Of a DNA stretch of 64,000 bases, positions 25,152 through 37,914 are shown piece after piece (the stretch's first letter is position 1; every line of letters begins with the position of its first letter). The notes beneath the pieces are model-generated. The model ran no database searches, was not told the DNA's origin, and saw only the letters and a list, made by a program, of their open reading frames with translations. Both the position numbers and the translations under genes were made by a program. The stretch is from the NCBI RefSeq assembly GCF_018977255.1, contig NW_024704742.1, positions 56,608,001 through 56,672,000 of the forward strand, written 5' to 3'. The stretch is from Callorhinchus milii. Taxonomy: Eukaryota.

Positions 25152-25191
25152 CTGCAGAAATTAAAGTTATAAAGATGATCAAATATCCCAT
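25152..25191 (-). other. Candidate signal-peptide-like first exon (MGYLIIFITLISA+G, phase 1)
   Basis: Hydrophobic 13-codon ORF ending at a perfect CAG|GTAAGT donor; no downstream partner exon found. Confidence 0.2.
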
Positions 25192-28100
25192 AGTACATAA
25201 TGGGTCTTATGATACTATGGCCGTGGGTGTATTACATGTGAAAAACAACTAGTCAGAGTTGACTCACACCGTTTGTTATCCTGGAAAATAGCTCAATATC
25301 TTCTGAAGGACAAGAGAGACTTGTCATAGAGATTTACCTTATTTATGCCTGGTTACCACCCTCTGGAAATTTATGTGGGCTGTTTGGGAAGCAGTGCATG
25401 CATGAAAGAAATTTTATTGAAAAATATGGATCAGACATGATCTGCTGGCATGTTTGATTTCAAGGCAGCCATCACTGCAGAAATGACTGGAACCTTAGGT
25501 GTTTATTCTGATCCTTGTGCTTAACAGCGAATTCTTAGACAGTACATGGCACTAAGCGATATTTGTCTCCATTTGGCCCGTTTAACAAATTTATTTAGAT
25601 TTGTGTATTTATTGTGTATTTGTGTATCTGTGTATTTAGAGATAAATGTGATGCCATTTAATTGTAATTAACCTGATATTTTAAAAATAAATAAATGTAT
25701 TCAAATGGCAGTCAAAATTATTTATTTGAACAAATGAGCTAAAGTTGCTCACCTAAGCAGAACAGAGTTCAGTCCACATCAAAGCACTTCCACAGTATCC
25801 TCAGTATTTACACCTTAATATTTTGGTTTGCAAGCTCAAAATTCCAACTGTGACAAGTCAGTTCAAATGTCTGATGCAATGCAGCACCCATTATAACCCG
25901 TTTCATTATAGCATGAATTCACTTATAATTAATTTGGATGGATGCCATTCTCAGCGGACACCATGTACTGTGCGTGTGCACAGTCAGCCCACTCATACTA
26001 ATAAAAACAGGCTGATTTTCAGGTCATCAGGTTGCAGTCAATGTCACTTTCTGCATTGCAAATGGCAATGAGAAATGGCATTGGCAGTGACCCAATAATC
26101 TGGATTGCGGACTTTATTTTAACTTGAAACAGTCCATCGTGCAGGGAGTGAGACAGTCAGCTGCACACATGTACAGTCATACCTGTTATCACGTCTCATG
26201 TCAGCAAATGTTGTATTTAAACAAAAATTCAGGCTGTATCAGCTCTCAAATCTAACTATAGACAAAGCATTCCAAGACTGCACTTTAACAGTGAATCCCT
26301 CAGAGAAGGCCAACTATCAAGTAAATGGGATACCTTTGACACACAATCAACAGGATTACCTTACGGCTCTTTTGTTTTTTGCTCTCTTAAGCCTTTGGGG
26401 AAAAGCTACAGTGAAAGCACTTTGCACAATGTATACAACAATGTAAGAATTCACTACAATGGTCAATAGAGCATTGCAGTCAACACCATCGTGCAGTTCT
26501 TTGCTCCAATTTTATTCAAAGCAGGTGTGTAGAGCATGGCAGGCAGGGACATATAACTAATGGGTATGTACAATAGCAAAGACAAAGAGTCCTCTATTCT
26601 GGAGTGAAATGATCCCCAAAGGGACACCCAAGCCATTACTTATCTCAAAAGATCCAAGTTAGCACAAGAGGTAGTGAGACTGAAAATCAGATGGTTATGT
26701 AGTCTATTCATTAAAAAAAGAATTTAATTTGTCCTTTTTTGTACAAACCAAAGGTATGTTTCTGAATGCTAAATACATGCGGTTTTGTAAAATCAAGGTA
26801 TTGGAATGAAACAAATATTCCAAGAAATGACAGAATTATTTAAATCTAAATCAGACTTAAAGTTCAATATTACTTAAATCTAAAAATGTTTTTTAGCATA
26901 GTTGTTACCTATATAGAACAGCATAAACAACAGTTCATTTTGACTTCATGAAAGAAAAGCAGAAATTCTGTAAATCCATAGAATAAACTTAAGGTGAAAG
27001 TCTCAGCCATTCCCTTCATCAGAACCCTTATCATCCCTTATTACTTTATCTTCTATGCACAGGGAAATGTGTGTGTGTGTGAGTGTGTGTGTATAAGAGA
27101 AAAAGCAGAGGAGGACACTCTACTGTTGTTCATGGCTCCAATCGGAAATCAAACTTCCAGTCCCTGTCTTTGTTTATCAGTGACAGTCACTCGAAAAATA
27201 TCAAACCTGATGGATCAAATCATTGTGTCCTCAGGGAAAAACATCTGTAATAGATCAATAAAAGGGTCATACAAGTTGAATGCAGCAATTGTTGGGTTCT
27301 AAGCAACCAGATGCTTCCAATTTCCCTTTATAAAGCTAGTTATTAAAATGTTCTTTGCAGCATGATTTTTGGTGCACTGTTGCGGAATTCCAGCCTGTGA
27401 TCAAAAGACCCTGAATTTACATTGTTCTCACAAGGAATCAAATGTGCTGCAGCTAAGCAGCTCAAGAGACTGACTCACTGCTATTTGACAGTGAGTGTAT
27501 TGTACATGTAAATCTCATTATATGATGATTCAGTGATAAAATACTAATGGGTAAAGACATAAATTCCCAATAATGCCTTGTTGCAGATCACCTAGGGGTT
27601 ACGCTTTGTGCGTTCTTATATTACAATTCTTTTATATGCTTGAGAGTTGAATTATTTCAGTATATATTTCGTAACACTGGAATGCATTCACTGTTTGTAA
27701 CTTACATTGATGAATGCGTTGTGTTATGTTTTATGCACAGGGAAGTATGTGTGTGAGAGAGAGAGCATAGGGAAGGGAGGAAACTGGACACTATTGTTCA
27801 TGATACTCCAATGGCTTCATGGCCAGAGCCTCCAATTATGGGTTTAATTGTTTTTGGAACTAGATGTTTAGGGCTCTTTTGAGCTTAGGCCTTTGCTGAT
27901 TGAGTTAGTTATGTAATCAGCATCCATACAAACCAACCATTTGCAGTCCAATTTCATTTGCTTCTCAGTAAGCAGAGAACACATGTGAAGAATATTGGAA
28001 TGGAAGATTGTACCGACTGTTGTGGTCTACCTCACCTGACTGAACATTGATGGAGTGGTACAGAGTTATTTATTCTATCTCTCATACTCAGTCAATGTTT

Positions 28101-28314
28101 GTGAATTAGGGGAGTGAGGGACATCAAAACGGTAGTTACTTACCGCCTTCAGTTATTTATTTACTAGCTTTATTAACTGCATTTATCATAATGTGAGGAT
28201 CACAGTATAATGCTGTGTAATGTCATGTCATCTATTTGCATCCACTTATCCACATTGCGATTCTAATGCGGAAGTGAGGTGGAGCTACGATGCCGGCAAA
28301 AACATTTTAGTCAC

Positions 28315-28384
28315 ATGCAAGGACTCAATCAAGTCTATGAGGTTCACAATTTACCCAAGCGAGACTGTGAACCAGTAGCACCAG
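28315..28384 (+). other. Candidate first coding exon (MQGLNQVYEVHNLPKRDCEPVAP+G, phase 1)
   Basis: Perfect CAG|GTAAGT donor; in-frame stop upstream of the ATG; GCGGAAGTG ETS-like motif at 28268. Confidence 0.2.
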
Positions 28385-28414
28385 GTAAGTGTGTTTATAA
28401 AGTGATTAGTTACA

Positions 28415-28483
28415 CCTAGTGCCTTGGGATGTCCTTCCGCCGTGAAAGGCGCTATATAAATGTAATTTGTTGTTGCTGTTGTA
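28415..28483 (+). mobile_element. L2 stem-loop and tail only
   Basis: agtgccttgggatgtccttccgccgtgaaaggcgctatataaatgtaatttgttgttg. Confidence 0.85.
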
Positions 28484-28719
28484 GGTACATTGAAAGGTTA
28501 TAGAGAGAGGAGTGAGAGAGATGCTGAGAAATTGAGGGGAAAGTCAAAAAGACAGCGAGTCATAGAAAGTTAGAGAATTAGAGATAGAGAAAAAAAAGGA
28601 ATAAGAAGAGCGAGGGGGGTTAACGAGTATTGTTTCAAGGGATACAAGCTTAAATCAATGTAGTTTCAAGACAATCTTATTGTTTGTAACTGCGCCATCA
28701 TCAAGCTGAGTCTTCCAAT

Positions 28720-28935
28720 TCTATGCCTCTAACCTCTGGAATTCCCTTCCTCAACCTCATGTATCGTGCCCTCTCTAACCATCTTCAAGTGCCACCTCAA
28801 AGCCTACCTGTTCAACTGTGCCCATGGTCACCTCCTCCCCTTCCCCCTCACCACCAACCTGCATGGTATCCATCCAGTCATTGTAAAGCTCTCCGAGACA
28901 TTATTTAACATGAAGGCAACTTAGATAAATGTAAA
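28720..28935 (+). mobile_element. Old L2 3' fragment
   Basis: ctctggaattcccttcc...cttcaagtgccacctcaaagcctacctgttcaactgtgc. Confidence 0.7.
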
Positions 28936-30269
28936 TTTGAATGAATGCAATTTTTGACAATAAATGTTATAATTGTCACTAGCAAGAAATATCACCAAGT
29001 TAATTATCCAAATACATTTTTTTTAAGTATTGTGTTGTCAATTTACTGTCATGTAACATATCCAAAATAATGTTTACACATCATTTAATCAAACTATCAG
29101 TCAGTGTAGCTTTTGAGATTAGTTTTTAATTTTTTTTTAAACAATTGATCCCCCCAAACCCTTCTTATGTTTTCCTAGTAAAGCAAAGCTCAAATATGCC
29201 AGCGATTAGTTTGACTGGAATTAGTTAATGTGTTTGAGGAAGCAATTTGTGCAGAACATTTTGACAATTGGTCTAAAGCCACATGCAATCAAATCATTCC
29301 CCAGGAGCTGAGATTATAACCAAAGCTTGAATTTTCTGATTTATAGTTGGAGAGCTTCATTGACAATCTACATAATTTTCACTGTTTCAATTAAGAAGAT
29401 GGCAATACACCCACATAGTTTTAATCTGAGGACTAAGGTTCTTTAATTCTATGTTTTCTTATTCTCTTTGTCTTCCCTCCCTTCCCCCTTACATACAGTT
29501 GTGCAAAAGGGAAAGAGATTTTCTGATCACTGTACTTTGTTCCCCAGATAGCTCTGCCCGGTTGCTAAGCCAGTTAATTGCTTGCAGTTGAGTCTGTGGC
29601 CAGCTATGTGTTCCTGGGACCACAGTTGCCGACTGAGTGGTAAAGGGCAAGTGTGCAATACATAATCTTTCTTGGCAGAGTTGAGCTGGTTTGGCGTGTC
29701 AGAGATTAAATTTACTAGTGCGACATGCCATCTTGTCAGTAAGACAAGTGAACTATGTTTCCTTTTGCTGGACTGGTGTCATTTGAGCAGGACTGAAGAT
29801 GGTTTCTAAGGATCCGAGAATTACTTTACTCATAAGAACCATACAGACAAAGCGATGTGGTTACGGTTGAAACTGGATCCATTACAGCCCTAGCTGATAA
29901 ATATGGTTGAAAACTAAAGCAGCTTTTATACATTTCTGAAATGATTTCTTACACTGTTTAATACAGTTGCCTCAACTTTTTCTGCATGGAAATACTGAAG
30001 CTGTTTGAGGACTATTATTTGGTTTGAATATGATGCTGCTATTGAAAAGGTGCAGCATAAATTAATTACGAGGGTCTCTGCTTTCTTCTTCAATTCTTTA
30101 ACACAATTTAATATGATTCTTTAATCTTTTATATTCCTACTCTTAGGAAAGTCGGAACACCTCCCCTTTACCACCCTCCAACCTACACATATCTACATTC
30201 AAAGTCTCAGCTCACTTTGCTTGTTTCCTTGAAGAAGAACACTGTCCTTTTTCATGTCCAAAGCCCTCC

Positions 30270-30830
30270 CCATGGCACTAAATATCACATGGCATTATTC
30301 AAAAAGAGAAGGCAGTTTCTCTCTCCCGGTGTCCCGGCCAACAATCCCCCCAAAATAAAATTGGTCACTCACTGCAAGGCTGCTTGAGGGATATCGCTGT
30401 GCACAAACTGGCTGTCGCATTTCGCACACAAAATACACAGTTGAACACTTTACAGTATATCCTGTGAAGCGCTTTGAGACGTCTCATCACTATATCAAAT
30501 GCATGGAATTTTATTATTCTTACGTGTGTGCCCTTGTGCTTCAAACTAGGTAGAGATGTGGATTATTGGAAGTGCTCTCTACTGATGAGATATTGAGTCA
30601 AGGTCCCATCGGCCTGTTCTTCAGATGAATATGAAAAAAATGTGAAAGATAGTTTCTAAAAATGGGAGTTTTCTAGCCAACAATCTTCCAAATGAAAATT
30701 GGTCTTTCATCTCATGGCTATTTGTAGCACATTTTGTAGCACACAAAATAGTGTTCTATTTGCCTATAAAACACAGTTGCTACAGTTGAAAGCAATACTG
30801 TAAGCACTTTGATAGGTGATAAGGTTTTAA
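30270..30830 (+). mobile_element. Two tandem DeuSINE fragments
   Basis: cccatggcacta...cccggtgtcccggccaaca...gctgtgcacaaactggctg...gtgaagcgctttgagacgtc; a second, older copy follows. Confidence 0.75.
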
Positions 30831-30837
30831 TTAGGGT

Positions 30838-31120
30838 CAGGGAATCTTCTCACTCAGCTCCTGTTAACCCTGCAAGCCAAAGCCCAAATGGATAAGGTGG
30901 CCCTAGCTGGATAAGCAGCAAGAAAGCTTGACAGGCAGTGATTTCAATGGCAAGCTATTTGGTTTTAGCTGGTTAGACTCCAACCATACCACAAAGCACA
31001 CTCTAGGACACTACGCTTTGACGCCAACCTGTGCCTCATACTGTCTGGAATTATGTAAGCAGTTCGCATCCAGCTGGAGAGAAAAAGACTGTGCATTCCA
31101 TTCCAAACAAGGGAATTTCC
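30838..31120 (+). repeat. Unclassified ~250-280 bp repeat, copy 1
   Basis: Shares cactcag(c)tcctgttaac, taaggtggccctagctgga and gcattccattcca blocks with 32003-32250. Confidence 0.8.
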
Positions 31121-32002
31121 ATGTGTAGGTGAGATGCTTGGAACTGTCAGTCTGGTTTCTATACTCTTAAGCATGGTGATGGTGACTCCACATGTGTCGG
31201 ACCCCCCGCGCCCCACCCCACCCCAGCTGATCCTGACCAAAATGAGGAATTATAAATGTGCAACTTGTTTTTCTCATGTTCAAAAAACCAACTCTGTTTT
31301 ATAAAAAAATACACAATCATTGTCAATAATGTGTGTGATAGTCACCCTCACTGTAAAAAAGGTAAAATTATGTTGTGTTTCTTCAGTGTGCTAATTGTTT
31401 CCTATGTTGAGCACAAACTTCCCATGAAGAACTATTTTGAAGATATTGTATAAATATTTATTCATTTTAAAAGAAACAAGGAAGAAAGACCACAGATTAT
31501 AATCGGCTTCCTTCATCTGACGTCTCATTGCTTTTAATTCCATGTGGATTTCATTGGAATTCCTTGTGAAACTATGTTGAAGAGCCATATATAAATGGCC
31601 CAAAGGGGTTGTGAGATGTGCGGTCATGTCCTGGTTCCCTCAAGACCTCGGCTACTGATGGTGGGAATAGATTTGTTCTCCCTCATAAATAGTCCTTTAA
31701 TAACATTTAAAACATCAGTGTATGTCAATTGAGCATGATTGGGTGAAGTAAGTATTAATTTTGCCACTCTATGCTATGAATCACTCTGGGTCTGAAAACA
31801 GAATATCACATCCAGCAGTTGTAAAGCACTGTACACCTGTGGAGGGTCCTTTCCCTAAATGGAATGATGTTTCCAAATAAAGAGTTTATCAATTTCCTTC
31901 ATCCCTATAGTTCTGATCTGGACAAATTGATTTATGCAAAATAGATAAAACAAATTGTATTAAACTACTAATTGTTACCTGAACTATTCAGTCACTGGTA
32001 TT

Positions 32003-32250
32003 GGGGATTCTTCCCACTCAGTCCTGTTAACACTGCAAACCAAAGCACTGATGGGTAAGGTGGCCCTAGCTGGAAAAGCAGGGGGAAAACTTGCAATGGC
32101 AAGGTTTTAGGTGGTTAAATTCCAGAAGAACCACAACTCTGGGGTCCCAAAGCCTTGGCTCTCGCAACCTATGCCTAATAGAATTAAGGATTAGTGTGAG
32201 TACCTCTGGGAAAAACTAGGCATTCCATTCCAGACACAGGGAAATGTTCT
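32003..32250 (+). repeat. Unclassified ~250-280 bp repeat, copy 2
   Basis: Collinear diverged match to 30838-31120. Confidence 0.8.
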
Positions 32251-33029
32251 TGTGTTGCCCTTTCTTAAGTAGAAAACAATCTCCAGGTTGAAGATTCAAA
32301 CCAGCAACATTTTTTATATTTAACAAATGAGGAGCAGGAGCTGTCGTTACTGATGGCTGCAGGAGCAGTGTTTCAGTGCTGCTTCTCCAAAACCTGTCAC
32401 TGATCCTACCAAAGTCGCATGTCATTCAACTATTGTAACAGGCAATGACACCCAAGCAATAAACCCTATTTATACTGAAATGTCCACATAAAGATCATGC
32501 AGAATGCTGTACTACAAGAATGGACATATTGTAATAGAAATGGGAAAAAAAAGGGTGACTTATCATTGAAGGAGTCTATCATAACACTGGTCTACAGACC
32601 CAAGTCCAATTACAATACATACGTATGTCAATGCGTGATGTGTTGCAATATTTTGGGCTCCAGTAAGATAAGGACAGAGCTGTATAACTCTTTGTACCCA
32701 ATTCAACGTCTCTATCCGTGCTTGTAAAATTCAGCGCAGTAGTCAATTTTTCCTTGCTCCAGGGACATGCGAGGCAGGATTTTGTTGATTTGACCTTGTT
32801 TTTAACCACATGATAGAATATACTGACTTGCTACATGAAATTCTAATCACATTCTGGACAGCAGGCCAGACAGCAAGTCTTTCATTGTCTTGTTAATATT
32901 CCCATGTCCTGGGGCTAATAATCTACACCCATGCGGATATATAGACTCTGTCAGCTAGTTCGACAATGTACATTAACAAAAAGGGGTTTCAGTTTAAGTG
33001 TTTGCAATGTTGGGCTTACGCCAAGGGAG

Positions 33030-33255
33030 CAGAACAACAGGGCAGCATTTCAGCATTGTAAAGGGCAATTTGGGGACAGACACCAGAAAGAATGTCTTTA
33101 CAGAGGGGGTGACTAGCAACTGGAATGGGTTATCAGGAAATGGATTCATTTAAGAAACAGATTTGTTGTAATGGGGAGGTCAGTAAATTGGATACTCTGG
33201 AAGAATGAGCTCAAATGGGTTGAAGGACTTCACAAACCTCTCTTGATATCTTGTG
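33030..33255 (+). mobile_element. Old CR1-like 3' fragment
   Basis: aagggcaatttggggacagacaccagaaagaatgtctttacagaggggg...ctctggaagaatgagctcaaatgggttgaagg. Confidence 0.6.
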
Positions 33256-33627
33256 AAATTACATCTCAGAGAATGTTAAATTCTCCATATGAATGCACAA
33301 TTCTTAAGTCTTGAACCATACGTATTCATTTAAAGTATTTGAGTAGTCAGCTCCAGTGATGGAGCCAACACCAACAAGGCCTAAATGGGACAAATGAGGA
33401 TGCTTCTCTGCTTAAGCTTTTATGATTCTAAGTATGACTAATGACACCCTAAATGGTAGCTCCTAAATACTAGCTAACACAGTATAACTTCACACCCTTC
33501 AACATTAAGTGTAACTTTGGTTTCCTGAAACAAAGCTATCTCTCTGGAGATTTCTTCCATGTTACACGGAGAAGATGGCCCAATTAGTAATTATGTATGA
33601 TATGGCTACATATGATATCATGATATT

Positions 33628-33740
33628 GTTTCGCCACAAAACACAAGCCACTCCAATTTACAGTACATCTTGTGGAGCGCTTTGAGACATCTCGATGACG
33701 TGATTAGGCGCTATATCAAATGCCAGGCTTATTATTATGG
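33628..33740 (+). mobile_element. SINE 3' fragment
   Basis: gcgctttgagacatctcgatgacgtgattaggcgctatatcaaatgccaggcttattatt. Confidence 0.85.
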
Positions 33741-35329
33741 TGCACATCGTGGCCATCATGGATGTTGGCTAGATAGAGAGAAGTTGGGAATTTGCTCCCA
33801 AACTGTCCAGGACAGCCTTCAAGAACATATTCTAACCACATATTTGGTTCATGTGATAATTATCACCACTGATAGTTGTCAGATAACAATTAACATTTTC
33901 CTCCCAATATACAGTCTCGCATATCAAATATATTTTCTCCAATCAGCCTTCCTCAGCGGTAGAACTTTACCAATTATTAGAGGGATTAGGAAAGATAATC
34001 TGTCACATTTCATTAAGTGACAGATAGCAAATCCCTTGTGTTTCCAAACAAGCAAAGTGTGATTTAAGACTATTATTTAAATGGTACATTAAACAATGTT
34101 GTTAAACTGTAATTGAAAGTCTCTCAATGGTTTGTCTTAAAAGCAAATTTATTTAAAGGAAATTTATTTAAAAATAATTCACTATCAATTTCAGTTATGC
34201 AATAACGAACATATACACATGAATAAATTCAATTTTTCTGAGAAATATATGGCCCTTAATTTAATAATGATCATATTAATACATTTATCAACTAAGAAAC
34301 CACTTTCACTGTGCTAATATGTGAGTTAAAATGTCCAGTGCACATATTGGCTGCTGTGTTCACCTACACAATACACAGTCACTACACTTTATAGTATATT
34401 ACATGAAGCACTTTGAGATGTCTTCCCAATCTAAAAGATTCTATATCAAACACAAGGATCTTTTTGTTCTTTTCCAGCTCTGATGAAAGATATTGTTTCA
34501 AAAAAAAACTGTATATAGCTCCACTTTTGCAGGTTTTCAGATAAGTTGCTGTATGTGAACACATCAATTGCATTGAAACATCTGTCACTAAAACACTACA
34601 GTCACTGTAGAATCGCTTGGTACACAGTGGTTGTCACAGTGTGGTTCAGTGCATTTGCTGATTCACAATCAATCCATTAGTTCATCTAAGGGCAAAGGCT
34701 GCTTTAAATACACGCAACCCAAAAGGCTTGTTTATTGCTTCAGGGAGACAAGAGGATTTATGAAAGTAATTGTAGTAAATTGAGGATCTGGGAAGGAAGA
34801 ACTCGCTTTCCCTTTGGGATGTTATTATTGTAGAAAAGACAACTTTGTGGATAAACTGAGGGCTGTGTAACAAAAGGAGTGCAGCAAAATAAATATGGCT
34901 TACTCAACTACAAATACAGTCACTTTACAGAAAAACTCTGAATCACTTTGAGATATTCTCAGTTTTCTAGGTGCTATATCAAATGCAAGGGTTACTCTTT
35001 ATTATTAAGCAATGGGACCTACGAAAGTGCTGCATATGTGGGATGGAGAAACCAGGAAGGCGTGTCAGCAAGTTCCAGAGGGAAATTGATAGCTATCGTT
35101 GAAGAAATTAATTGAGGGCTATGAGAGAGAGTCTAGTGTATGTGATGGGGGGATACTCTTTTTTGGTCTTGATTTTCATATGCTCCTGTGACTGTTTTCC
35201 TGTAAATCGACCCTTTTGGTAAAATGAAGGTGAAAACTTGGCCTTCACTTGGCATTCAGGAGTCTCTACATAATTGCAGCTTCTATTCATGCCTGAACAT
35301 TCACGGTTTGCTACCAAAGTTGCTAAAAT

Positions 35330-36005
35330 GATTTGATAGAGGCACTCAAAACAATTGAAGGATATTGACAGGTTACATATTGAACTTTCCTCTGGTGGAG
35401 GGATTCATTTCAAGGGGATGTAAAATCAGAACTAAGACAATTAGAACTGACGTCTGGAAGTTTTGCTTAACGCAGAGGATTGTGAAGATTTTAAATGCTC
35501 TTTCCAGAAAGCTATAGAGGTGGAATCAATAGATATTTATAAGAAAAATAGACAGATACTTGGGAAATATAATAATAATAATCCTTGCATTTGATATAGT
35601 GCTTTATGTCATTGAGACGTCTCAAAGCGCATCACAGGACATACTACCGTAAATTGGATTTAATGTATATTTTGGGGGTGAACCCAGCAGCCAGTTTGCA
35701 CATAGCAATGTCCCACAAACAGCCATGGAGTCAGTGACTGAATTTATTTGGGGGATTTGTTGGCCAGGACACTGGGCAAAACTGCCTTCTCTTTTTAAAT
35801 AATCCCATGGGATCTTAAACGTCCACCTGATGAGGCAGATAGGACCTTGGTTTAACATCTCATCCGAAGGGTAGCAGAAATATTAAGGGGTATGATAAAA
35901 GGGAGGGGATATTGGGATTAAAAGATCAGACAAGATCTAAAACTGTTGGAACAGACCTGATGTGCTGCATTGGCTCCTCCTGTTTCTGTCTTCGTATGTT
36001 TCTAT
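35330..36005 (+). mobile_element. CR1 3' fragment split by a DeuSINE insertion
   Basis: atttgatagaggcactcaaaacaattgaagg...agatacttgg [SINE] attaaggggtatg...tgcattggctcctcctgtttct. Confidence 0.7.
35571..35876 (-). mobile_element. DeuSINE, 5'-truncated
   Basis: Clear Deu block and tail; flanked by GAAATAT on both sides (35564-35570, 35877-35883). Confidence 0.9.
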
Positions 36006-37914
36006 GTACAACATTCAATACAAAAAATACAATCCCAGAGACCAAGAAAGGCTATTTTACCGCTGGCATTTTGCTTTCCAGCCTTTTGTCAGACCTTTTA
36101 GGCCTTTTCCTGGCTGAAAGCAAAACATTGCGGTAAGAGAACAAAAGGGGGTCGAAACCGTCATCTCAACCAACAGCAAATGTACATTTATAAAGCACCA
36201 TTCACATCAGGAGGACATCCCAACCACTCCAGAAGAGAGGAGAAAAGGGGGACAAAGATAGGCAAACTCAAAGATTTGAGGAAAATGTGCAGTCAAAGGA
36301 TACAAAATGGACAGTGAAGATATTTACCTTTTATTGTGCAGACTAAAGTCCCTACCTCTGGAGTATACCTGTACTGTGAAGCAGATTTGCAACAAACGTT
36401 CTATGAAGAGCCATGAAACTGCTGCCATGGAAAGCTTGACACTGCACTGGTAACTTAAATCCACCCAGAATATGAATTGAATCTGGGCAGCAATGTAAAC
36501 TGGAGATCACATTCAGCACAGATCATGCTGATTCAAACTGAGTTCTCTGTGAGTACTCTAATGTAAATGAAGTGTGTCTACTTTCTCCCTTGTGGCTTTA
36601 AGAAGGGATCCGGTTCCAATTGAAACGATGGAGAGAACGGCCAAGGCTGGTAGTTGTCAAATTCATATTAATGTAGTGAAGAGACTCCCTGCTGTTTCTC
36701 TGAGATGTGACAAATGTTACATGATTTATGTCATTACGTCACAGTGTTTTACAGACAATCAAAACAAAGGCTTGGCAAACTCTTTACAATAAAAACATTG
36801 CTCTGCTTAAATTAAGAGCAAAACAGTCTCATCTCTGAGCCACATTGAAGCCTCGGTCAAACAGAAGGTTTGCATATAATTTCTGCTCTGGTGCTGATTG
36901 TCAGTCTAATGCCACAATAGGTTAGCAGCTTGCAATGTACCAACAGCACACTGTCTCTGAGGAGCTGCCACTGCAAATAATCACCATTGTGAAAGCAGAA
37001 TTTTTAAATATTTAATTTGTTCACTTTGATCCAAGTAATATGAGATGGCAAGTGATGTGCAGTTGATCGCGGCTGCATTACAGCAAAAGCTAAGCTGTCA
37101 CCCAAAGATCTTCTCAGGTCTGTGTCTCAGGACTGAAACACACAGCGAACATTTTTGTAAATAAACGTTGCTGTGCCCAGTGAAATAAAGCAGTTAATAA
37201 AAGATAACACTTTCCATATGCAAATGAAGGAATCCAACAGACAACTAACATTCCCTCCCACATATTAGTTCATGGTGATGTAGCCAGTAATTAGGCTATT
37301 TTCCAATCCCTTGCTTAATTTAAAAAAAACACAGAAGCCCTGAAGACTCCTAGTTTTGAGTGAGGTTGTTGATAGTGCCCCTGGGCGTTGGGAATAGAGC
37401 CACTGTTATGAGCATGAGGCGGTGCCATAGTAGTTAAGGGGAGGATGACATTTCCATGTACCATAGATCTCATAGATCAGTGCGTGTTGTGGTTGGGGTG
37501 GGGCAGGGGTGGGAGGTTACAAGGTCAGCAAAAGTGAAGTGGGTTCTTGGAGGAAAGTTGATAACTGCAGGATCTGAAATTTGATCAGCCAAGAAATGTT
37601 GGGGTACATTCCACAAGTTCATACCATGGCAGGATAGGGAGCCACAATGGGAATCACAACATTGCCATTTGCTTCCAATGACTCCACGCATTTTGAAGGA
37701 AATTTACGATCTGCTGATGAGATCCAAAAGTCCTTTATTACTATCTAACAGTAAAACCATCATATCCACAGATATGATTTTGGACGATTGTTCAGATATT
37801 TCGAAAAGCTGCTTTTGTGTCAAAGAAGATGAGCTAGTTTTACCTCAAAACAATATTTCTTAAAAATAGCTTCTTACAAAACCTGTTACTTTAAAGAAAG
37901 TCACATCCCTCTAG

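Noticed and set aside
36740..36767. RSS-like CACAGTG-12 bp-TCAAAACAA
   Set aside because: Poor nonamer, and no V (YYC), D or J (FGXG) segment adjacent; no antigen-receptor locus evidence in the window
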